From NCBI GenBank assembly GCA_030704615.1, contig CM060731.1, positions 372,001-436,000 of the forward strand: DNA of 64,000 bases, given 5' to 3'. Every line of letters begins with the position of its first letter. Positions within the stretch are counted from its first letter, which is position 1. The notes under the pieces were generated by a model. The model worked only from the letters and a program-made list of their open reading frames with translations. It made no database searches and was not told where the DNA came from. A program made the translations under genes and the position numbers. Positions 1-9,480 of the stretch are shown here, one piece after another. This stretch comes from Takakia lepidozioides. Lineage: Eukaryota; Plantae; Bryophyta.

Positions 1-1498
1 ATCCAGCGGAATACATTCAACGGGTGAACGGATGGTTCCCATCCAAATCATTTTTGTTTGCTTCCAAACTTTGCCAGTACGTTCGAGACACCCTCTCACA
101 GGTCCCGGACTAAATTCATTCGATGGCTAAACGGATGGTTGGCCATCGAGATGATTTTGGTTCGCTTTGAGACTTGGCCAGTATGTTAAATGTGCCATGG
201 AAGAGGCCCCAGAGTAATATGAGATCAATCGAAATTTGTTCAATGGGCCAACGGATGGTTGCCCATCCAAATGATTTTCGTTCGCTTTGAGACTTGGCCA
301 GTGTGTTCAATGTATCCTTTGAGATCAATCGAAACTCGTTCGATGGGCCAATGAGGTGTTCAGTTGTCATCTGGTTTTTGTTCATTGCGAAAAAAAAAAA
401 TCCTGCAATGCGTGCACGGCTATTGCACCCATTGAACGGATGTGGTTGAAGCTCCTCTTTTGCCCGCATGTGCTTGAACATGTGCGGAGACACAACAGAC
501 GAATGAAACATTTGCCTCCCCATCGACACCAAGCCATTCCATAATGTAATTGAATTTAAAATAATTTAAAGCCAATAAATAGGTTTGCACTGCCTTTCAT
601 TGGGGGTTTCTGGCACGTATCGATTTTGTTTTTGGCTCAATTTTGTTCTGCGGCTTCCGGCATCCCACCACTACTCCCCCGCCAAAATTTCGACCAATCC
701 AAAATGCCCCAAAAAAAAAGTGTTCTCTTCGCTCACTATTGCAGAACTCTCTTTGAAAGAGTGCATGAAGTTGAACACAAATCAAGTTTGGAGTGCAAAT
801 CAGGGAAGAAACTGTGGTTTTGGGTCCAAATGAATTATGTTGGCTCCCAAATTTGGCACGCACATTGCATATGGCTACATTACACGCCCCATTAAAAAAC
901 GGAATGAAAAAAAAAATCGTGAGCACGCAAAACACAGTCCAACAGGTCCCAATGCAATAGCAAATCCAGCGGAATACATTCAACGGGTGAACGGATGGTT
1001 GCCCATCCAAATCATTTTTGTTTGCTTCCAAACTTTGCCAGTACGTTCGAGACACCCTCTCACAGGTCCCGGACTAAATTCATTCGATGGCTCAACGGAT
1101 GGTTGCCCATCCAAATGATTTTCGTTCGCTTTGAGACTTGGCCAGTGTGTTCAATGTATCCTCTGATAGGTCCCAGTGTAATATGAGATCAATCGAAACT
1201 CGTTCGATGGGCCAACGGATGGTTGCCCATCCAAATGATTTTCGTTCGCTTTGAGACTTGGCCAGTGTGTTCAATGTATCCTCTGATAGGTCCCAGTGTA
1301 ATATGAGATCAATCGAAACTCGTTCGATGGGCCAATGAGGTGTTCAGTTGTCATCTGGTTTTTGTTCATTGCGAAAAAAAAAATCCTGCAATGCGTGCAC
1401 GGCTATTGCACCCATTGAACGGATGTGGTTGAAGCTCCTCTTTTGCCCGCATGTGCTTGAACATGTGCGGAGACACAACAGACGAATGAAACATTTGC
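1..1498. repeat. Complex direct repeat: 1-515 recurs at 964-1498, with ~120-bp internal subunits carrying the imperfect palindrome GGATGGTTGCCCATCC
   Basis: ATCCAGCGGAATACATTCAACGGG starts at both 1 and 964, and both copies end at ...GAATGAAACATTTGC (515 and 1498). The motif recurs near 30, 131, 253, 993, 1097 and 1217. Confidence 0.85.
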
Positions 1499-1944
1499 AG
1501 ACAGATTCAATTGCAGTAGACACCTTCACCTGCAAGGATGAGGAAATAGAAGGCAATCAGGGCGACGGCCGAACAATCTCCCGCAAAACCGCTTCCACGA
1601 GCTGAAGCTCAGTTCCTGGAGGATTTCCCGCCTGCAGATGTTGGGGCCGACTCTGCTGCAACGAAGGCAATGGGATCGACCGTTTCTGTCGATTTGGTAC
1701 TGGAGGAGGGTGCTGCCGCTCAACGTTCGCAGCAAGACCTCACCACCGATGAGCAAACAGGCCCCAGAGTGCAGCTCCAGTTGAGGATGCTCCAATTGCT
1801 CAGCCACTACCGGCACCTACAGACATGTCTCCGGAGGATTTCAAAAGTGCAGCGGATAAAATGTTGGAGGAGACACACAGTAGCATTGGCAGAGTTCTGG
1901 GCAGCAGGGTATTCCAGCGGACTCTTTGAATCCCACTCTGTCGC

Positions 1945-2357
1945 ATGGTCTCCCTTCCCATTGTCAGGCAGGCCCTTCCCGGAGATGTGGATAAGCTCAA
2001 GTTCGCATTTCGAGAAGGGTACCGTCTGGGATCGGCAGCGTTTTACGTTTCCATTGAGAATGAGGACGGCGAAACTTGTGGACCCACTGCCGATGAATTG
2101 TCAACGTGGGATACCCACTGGCACACTTGCAACCACAAATTTGAGGCGACGCTGAAGGGTGATCCAGACTTCGGCCATATGTTGGGTAAAATGTTCTTTG
2201 TGTGGGACGGGAATCACCGACTTCTTGCCTGGTGGGAGTACATCAAGCAGAACCATGCCAAGCACATTGGCTGGCATTACATGGTGGAGTGTGTCATCCT
2301 CAAGGTGAAGGCGGTAGACTCTTCCCTGCTCAAGAATGCCATGGCGGACCTCAACTC
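1945..2357 (+). other. ParB/sulfiredoxin-like N-terminal domain exon
   Basis: FFVWDGNHRLLAW matches the ParB/Srx 'DGxHR..A' signature and is preceded by 'VRQAL..DV.KL...F..GY', as in ParB-like folds. A paralog at 18520-19002 reads FVWDGNHGLLAW. Confidence 0.7.
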
Positions 2358-4529
2358 GTAAGATACTCATACCCTCCCTAGCACGTTCGAAATGCGGTGC
2401 CGCATTTTGGTTTCCAATCTGGTTTGTTTCCGTGCTTCCGTGTACTGAACTGGAGAGTGTGCCTTGCAGGGTCACTGAGAATGCGTACGTGCATACCCAC
2501 ATGGCACATATGCTGTACAGGGTGAGGAAAACTGGTCTCACTGATCCGCAGATGTTTGCGGAAATGCTGGAGCCCGAGCTCATTCAGAAAGCCGTTGCAA
2601 AAACAGACCGGACATGGTATCGTCTCACTATGGATGGAATGGTGGAGGTGATATACGAAGTAAGTCGTCCTCCGATTTCCCTCTGCTCATCCTTCCCCAA
2701 TTTCCAGTAATCTTTCCACATGAATCGAATGTAACGCTTCTGCATGTTTTTGTTGGCAGTCAAACATCAAGCTGGATTTGGCCCATGCCAAACGCTTCTT
2801 CATGGAAAGTGAGGGGCAGGTGAAAACGTTGCAGTCATTGACTGAGCACTTGAAGGAAGCCGGTGTCAAGTCCAGAACCAAATACAAGTAAAAGCTTGTG
2901 AAGCTGGTGGCAATTGCAGATCCGGCACTTGGAAAGGACTTCATCCCCGAGATTGCAAAACACTATTCTCGGGCCATGCAGCCGACCATGCAATTGGAGA
3001 AACTGCATCACCTCTCAACGGCATGTGTTGAGGCGAAAGAGAAGGTGAGGTTTCAATGCACTGAAGTTCCTTTCTAGCAATAGCCACTCTCTTCCAGCTC
3101 CTGACATTGGATCGGAAATGGCAGACACGGTGGCTGTCGATCTGGAATGCATCCGAGAGCATAAGGACAATGTGGTCTTTTCCACTGGAAGTTTCCGACC
3201 TTGCAGTGGATGTGTGGCTCAACCGCATGACTTGGTGGTTCCAGGTAATTCAAGGTACTTCCCCAGATTTGCTTTTCTGAAATGAATTCCATGAACTGCT
3301 ACGTGACAATGCATTTGGGAATCGCAGGTAATGTTGAATGCGAAGGAGCAAGTCGTAATGCACACAAATTCGTTCGGCTTGTACGTCAAATGGGATGGAA
3401 CACAGACATTGGAAGACTACGTGACACGTTTCAGATGTGCGTACAAGGACAACCTTTTCGCCAGAGAGCTACAGACAGCAAGAAGGAGCGTGGAGTTTAC
3501 ACATCAGGAGGGAGCGGGGAAAGCTGCAATGCGAATTGTTTACAGGTGAAGCACAGCTGCCCTTGTATGCAAAGCCTGGTTACGAGGTTTGTCTCCAAAA
3601 TGCGGCACCGCATTCGCATTTTATGTTTTCGGTGGCACTCTATGAGTAGGTTCGTCCAATCTTATGCTCACGCATGCTGACTGCCTTGCAGGTATATGAA
3701 ATACGTGCTCCTTCAGACAAGGGCCCTGGCTCAAGAGCCCCCGTTCTTCATGGCTTGGACCGTGGCGGGCCCAAGCTGTGTCTACACACCCGAGATGCAG
3801 AAACAATGGCATCCCGTGCATCTCGTTGGATGCCCCTGGTACCTGGATATGTCTGGCGGTATTGTTGACGAGTCTGAGAAAGATCTGCACGCCTTGGCAG
3901 AAGAGAAGAGAAAGGAAAGACGTGTCCCTGCTGGGCCAAAGTCGGCAAAGGAATTTGCTGCTCTGGAAGAATCCAGAAAGGCAGCTGAGATGGCACAAAA
4001 GACGGTGGATGCAGCTGTGCAGGCCCAACAGAAGGGGTCGAAGAAGAGGACTTGCCAGCAAAGAGCAGCTGTTGTGACACCCGCCAAAACGAAGAAGCAG
4101 AAACAGCCTGTTCAGGAAGAGGGTGAGGAAGAGGACTCCGATGGAGACTTTGCAACCAGCCCACCCCCCCAAACGCAGGCTGCCTCCCCTGTGCCCACCG
4201 TTGTAACGAGAGGCACGAGAACTGGCTCGGCAAAGAAGGCATTCTTCAACCCCCCAGGGGGCACCCTTTCGAGCCGGTGGAAATGAAGAGGCCGAAAGTG
4301 GCTCCCGAAACAGTAGTCCAGTGTGTAAATGAGAGTTTCTTGGCGGCTTTGGATGGACGGGCAGCCAAGTTGGCATACATGAAGACCATGGAGGGTCTGA
4401 AGGGCAGAGCACTGAAGAAGGCGACTGCCGAAGAGCCTTCCGACACCCCAGGATTTCAGAATATGGTCTCGTTCTTTGAGAGCGTGTGTGCAGACAAGGA
4501 TTGTAGGAGGGGCGGAAATGCCACCGAGT

Positions 4530-5340
4530 GGTCTTGCGATATGATCATCTTGGATATTCCGGACGGAGAGCCTGTGGAAGGACTGCAAGCTTTGCCATCT
4601 TGGAACAGGTACTCGGAGGACTTTTGGAAGAAAGGATTCGGGCTTGCCCGCATGGTGTTGGACGACAGAGGCTGTGTGGTTGTCCTGGCGAGCAGAGGAA
4701 AAAACACTCAGACAGGAATTGCGAAGTGGACCCGCAAGAGCGCCGTCCCGATTCTGAAAAAGAAGTGGACGTGCATCAACACACTGGGCCTTCGATCGGA
4801 AGGGAAGAAGGTGATTACGACACTGGCACTCGTCCATTCATTTGCTTGGGTGTTTTCAAATGCGGTGCCGCATTCGGTTTCTAATCGTTCCCCCCTGTGT
4901 ATGCAGACGAAGCAGTTCGATGCATACTGCTTTGTGAAGGAGAACTCCACCTTTGCTTTCCGGAAGGAGGGAGGAAAGGTTGACCCGAACTGCGACCCCC
5001 TCGATTACGACGTTCTGTTCAACAACGTTCCCAAGGAACTTCTCCCTCATAGCCTCACTTCAACGGAACCCCTGCGGTACTCACGGACTCGGAGCCGTGC
5101 CTTCATTCAGACAATTATGGAGACATGCACAGACGTGGAGGGCACAGTGCTCGACCTCATTTGTGGGATGGGTATGCAGAATCTTGATCTATGCTGTTTT
5201 GCAAATTCTCGTTAGGATGTAGTTCGCAACATCTGAAGCGCCATGTTGTAATGTGTGGATGGCATTGTAACAAGTGCCTCAATGTGGGCTGGGCGGTTTT
5301 CCGACCGGCACCTCTTTGCCTACGAGGAGGATTCATCCGT
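4530..5340 (+). other. Beta-class N4-cytosine/N6-adenine DNA methyltransferase-like domain
   Basis: Motif order is IV then X-I-II: CDMIILDIPDG (motif IV-like, cf. DPPY/DIPY), LARMVLDDRGCVVV, RSRAFIQTIMETCTDVEGTVLDLICGMG|ASMWAGRFSDRHLFAYEED (cf. generic K...L.....T..G..VLDPF.GSGT...A....R..IG.E). Confidence 0.7.
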
Positions 5341-6180
5341 GTGGGGATCCCATCTGGAAGGGCTGCAACGGAATGTTAAGGCTCCCAACAGAGCGGAAGT
5401 CTCCTCAGATTCGTCGGAGTTCGAGGAAGACACAGTGGACATTGATGCGGAGGAGAACCCGGAATACGAGTGAGTACAAACATTGTAAGTTTGCAAAGCC
5501 TTCTGGGTCATTTTTGTCAAACGAATTTCCGGACTCTGGTTCTCATTAGTCTCGTTGATGATTGTCATGTGCAGGATTGCAGGGTCCGGGTCGAAACATG
5601 TAGGGCCTACACTTCCTGCCAGGAAGAATGTCCCGTTCTTTGCGAAGGCCGACTTCATGACGAGCCCGGTGAGGGACTACTCCCTTCCTAGTTATGCAGC
5701 TAAACTCGCAAATACAGCGATTAGAAGAAGTGAGAATCCCAGTAAAGTAGAGCAGATTTTGGAGAGGGCTAGGGAGGACAGAAGGATAAGGAAAGAGTTG
5801 GCAGCAGCTCAGACAGGTAGACGGGTACGAAAGTACATATGTGATTCAGCGGATGAGAGCGACGCAGACAGGGAGGAAGACGACCCAACGGAGGTGAGAT
5901 GGACAGTTCCGCAAGGGGAAGATGGGATTTTTGAAAGCCTGGCCAATGAGCAGTCTGCTGGAGATGAGAAAGGCACTGAGGGGGTGGAGGCGGAGCAGGA
6001 CAGTCTAGAACAGGATGAGGATTCGGATGATTTTCAAGATTAATAGAATTTTAATGAAGTCTCTGTAAATGTAAATTCTCTTCCAGAGTATATAAAGGAA
6101 ATTCTCCCCGACATTCGTGACCCCTCTCCAGTGTGCATTCCAGCCACAAAATCGCCCAAACCACGACGCTCCCAAAATCA

Positions 6181-6973
6181 GAAATGGGGCACCGCATTTC
6201 CAAAATTTTGGCAACTCTAAAAACCTCTTTTGGAAATGCGGCACCGCATTTCCAAAACAGGGGAGAGACTAAATTTTCCATTTCAATGTTGGCATAGTAA
6301 AAAGTAATCGGCCGATTGGAAATGCGGTGCCGCATTTCCAAAATTTCCTTTGTCCACACGCCAGTTTTGGCCTCTCCCGCTCATTTCATGGATGCCACCA
6401 CGCTTACAGAGGTCGAACAAGGAGGTCGAACAAGGAGGTCGATATGGTGGAATTGGAAATGCGGTGCCGCATTTCCATATTGGGGATGGTCGTTGTTCGA
6501 ACTGCAGGCCCATCAGCAAAAATTGGCACCGCATTTCATTGTCAAAAAAAAGTCGATGACGGACATGGAAATGCGGCGCCGCATTTCCAGAATGGACATC
6601 GCAATTTGTCCATTTGCAGACCCTCTCACGGAAATGCGGCAACGCATTCCATCGCGCTGGTCAGAAATGTCACACTTTCCGAAGTGTTGGACGGAAATGC
6701 GGCACCCTTGTCCAAAAAGAAGTTTCCATTGCCAAGCTGGAAATGCGTCGCCGCATTTGCAATGCTAACCTCGTTGTCTGTCCAATTTATAGACCCGTGT
6801 TGGTATTTCGTGTACCTGGACGGAAATGATGCACCGCATTCCATTGTCCGACACTGAAATGCGGTTCATACATTTCCATGTCGGCATTGGAATGCGGCAC
6901 CGCATTTCCTTGTCCGACATAGAAATGCGGCACCGCATTTCGATGCCGACATGGAAATGCGGTGCCGCATTTC
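6181..6973. repeat. Array of palindrome GGAAATGCGG(C/T)(A/G)CCGCATTTCC (MULE subfamily 1 motif)
   Basis: More than ten copies with variable spacing, tightening to ~33-bp units at 6820-6973. Confidence 0.92.
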
Positions 6974-7230
6974 AATGTCCGACATGGCGTTACTCTGGTA
7001 TATTCTTGACACATGACTCTCATACCGGTTACTCTGGTATATTCATCCGGACACACAAATTGTAGAAATGAGACATCAAATTGTAAACAGTGGGCCAATT
7101 CCGACAGTTATTCAACAGAATGAAACACAATCACACAGAAGTGAGGTACGATGGGTTTATTGATCAGACACGATGTCTCACATTTACCAACTGCAGACAA
7201 AACTAAGCCCTTCCTCCTTCTACATGGGCT

Positions 7231-7839
7231 TCACCAAGTCGACGGAACTTCGATACCCCTCAAAACAAGCTCATTACTGCTGCGGCACCTCGAGGTAAAC
7301 TGCAATTCGGTCGTTCTGCTGCCCTTGCTGGAGCCGATGACAATGTCATGTCCATCAATGATACCACCATCATACATTGACAAGGTCACTGTGGGCCTCA
7401 TGTGCCCGTGCCATTCGTCTTTGCAACTCAGCCGAATGTCTCCATACACTGGAAGAGCGGAGTGATCTGCACGTATATAGTTTTCCCCGGTGCCGTCCTC
7501 CCTGGTCCACTGGCAGCAGTTCCAGCGCCAAAGCGAGGCCGTGCGTGATCTGTCCGGCATCCCTTTCCAGCTTGGTATATCAAGGTCAACAATTTTCAGG
7601 ACCCACGGACCGCATTGACCCTTGCCTTCACCTCACTCAAAGCAGTAATAGCCCTCCAGATACTCCATTGCGCGCAAAGACTCTTGCTTGATTCCAGCAG
7701 CGTCTCTGAAAACAGAGAGCCAGACAATGATGTCTCCTGATTCTGGTTTGAACATACCATAATCGTGGCCATGATAAGGGCAGTCGGCTGGATTTCGGCG
7801 GCACGGCATCCTTGAAAAAGAGTAGCGGAGTACGCTCAA
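7231..7839 (-). pseudogene. Unknown 'RWNCCxWT' family protein (frameshifted copy)
   Basis: ORFs 7633-7839 and 7231-7560 align end to end with 8194-8904 (RMPC.RN..DCP, SGDI..W, RTA.L.RWNCC.WT, YGDI, DGG.I.G.DIV, ELVLR). Confidence 0.75.
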
Positions 7840-8193
7840 TTACAGCAGCTCCCGGATGGAGGAGGAGCAGCGCGGTGGCTGGAAAAAGTTCAAGCTAACG
7901 CTGCAATTCCTCACAAACACTCCAGGGCACATTTAAATTCCCCCCCTACAGGATCCTGGACCGATGAAGATTGGCTGTTGCATGAATGTAGCCGTTTCAG
8001 TTTCCTACCCTGCCATGCAAACTATGGGCAGTCACTGCCAGGTGGGCCGATAGCCACTGGTCACGACGAAGTCCATCCCCTCTTCGATGTAAATGCGGCG
8101 CCGAATTTCCATCTGGGGGGATGGACTTCGGTGGCAGATCTCAAACTATAACTTGTTGATGAGAAAGATGTATGGGTTCATCCACCTCCGTCG

Positions 8194-8904
8194 GTGGGTA
8201 CGTGGGACCCAGATGCTCCATTATTGGAGGCCGGACTGCTCTTCCGCTTCGCATCATTTCCAAAATCTAAGGGCTTCGTAGCTGTCCGCAAGGTCATTGT
8301 CATCGGCATCCAAGTCGTCCTCAAGTCCTCCTTTGCAAGGATGCCGTGCTTCCGGAACCGGGATGACTGCCCATTTGGAGGCATCGATTATGCAATGTAT
8401 TCGGCCACATCGGGAGACATTGTTATCTGGTACACAGATTACAGAGAAGATACTGGTTCGATTGTGGGAACATTGGTGCCTTTTGAGTATATCCTAGGCC
8501 ACTACGCCTTCGAGCGGGGTGACGATCTTGGTCTGAGGAGTCCGTGGCTCCTGCGCATCCTCGATTCCGATTTTCCCAGCTACGACGGTCACCCATGCAG
8601 AAGAAGGCGCACTGCTATGCTGTTGCGGTGGAACTGCTGCCACTGGACGTGGGTGGACTCCATCGGAGAGACCTATTCTCCTGAAGGAGTGCGCTCCTCT
8701 TCTCCATTGTATGGGGACATTTGCATTGGTGTGGACGACGAAAACGTGAAGATTTCCATATTCGATGGTGGTATGATTGAAGGGCAGGACATTGTGGTGA
8801 ACATCACTAGGGGCGGTACAACGGCTGCAATCGACTTTACCTGGAGGAGCCCCATGACTCATGAGCTAGTTCTGAGAGCAGTCAAAGTCCCATTGACAAC
8901 GTGA
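8194..8904 (+). CDS. Unknown 'RWNCCxWT' family protein, apparently intact MULE accessory gene
   Basis: Uninterrupted 236-aa ORF (true start uncertain) with homologs at 7231-7839 and 47359-47790. Confidence 0.7.
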   Translation: MGTWDPDAPLLEAGLLFRFASFPKSKGFVAVRKVIVIGIQVVLKSSFARMPCFRNRDDCPFGGIDYAMYSATSGDIVIWYTDYREDTGSIVGTLVPFEYILGHYAFERGDDLGLRSPWLLRILDSDFPSYDGHPCRRRRTAMLLRWNCCHWTWVDSIGETYSPEGVRSSSPLYGDICIGVDDENVKISIFDGGMIEGQDIVVNITRGGTTAAIDFTWRSPMTHELVLRAVKVPLTT

Positions 8905-9480
8905 CTTGTATTCAGTAGGCACAGGGCTAAAGATTTGATTGCACAATCAGCACAGTAGACGTGCTTCAAATGCAATTCATGTGGATCAATAAAAACCTCA
9001 TTGTGCCCTCTTTTTATTCTATTCTGTGTCCATCGTTCCGAGAATGCGTCATTGCTCATTTCGTTTGGGATTGGGAGTGTGGGTGGATTTTGCAAGTGGC
9101 TGGTAGGCTGAAATGGGCCCCCATTGTACAGAGCAGTACCACCCTTCCATTCGCGAAACATTGCCTTTCAATATATAATTCTAAATAACATTGCCGAACC
9201 TCCTTCATCAGGAGGTCCTTCTCCCCCTATGACCGTGGCACCCTAAACCCTATTCCCGCGGACACTCATTTCCGGAAAATAGTGCTGCTCATGTTTTTTT
9301 CCACACTTACGACTCTGCTCATGGCTCATGCCGCTCATGGCTCATCTCACTCGATACTTGCAAGCCCCACAGGCTTATACGCACTTACCTGTTCCATTCT
9401 GTGCCAACCATACCTTCATGCTCTGTGCCCTGCAAGCTTTCCTTCAGCTGTTTTAAACAAAGCCTTTTTGTTTGTCTAGA

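Larger units (their letters stand above)
1670..6043 (+). pseudogene. Multi-exon transposon accessory gene: ParB/Srx-like domain, linker, beta-class amino-DNA-methyltransferase-like domain, acidic C-terminus
   Basis: ORFs 1945-2361, 2470-2659, 3331-3545, 3696-4286, 4277-5215, 5255-5473 and 5555-6043 are joined by GT-AG introns (2358-2469, 3546-3691, 4811-4906; 5172-5273 has a mutated acceptor). Frameshifts and stops are present. Homologs lie at 18260-19150 (-) and 51787-53223 (+). Confidence 0.75.

Noticed and set aside
3621-4837. Long minus-strand ORFs (263 aa and 241 aa) and similar antisense ORFs over pol and transposase genes
   Set aside because: Shadows of coding sequence on the other strand with no recognisable motifs.
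1945-5340. Bacterial or phage contamination explaining ParB and the methylase
   Set aside because: The gene has GT-AG introns at conserved positions in paralogs and is interleaved with plant-type LTR elements.
6181-6973. CRISPR array (palindromic repeats with spacers; also 28304-28801 and 49270-51090)
   Set aside because: Spacing is irregular, the intervening sequences are themselves repeated, there are no cas genes, and the context is eukaryotic.
9310-9350. Right TIR of MULE copy A (CTCATG repeats)
   Set aside because: It resembles the inner TIR units but lacks the terminal AAATAGCAAACCTC, and no TSD can be tested, so it is left uncalled.
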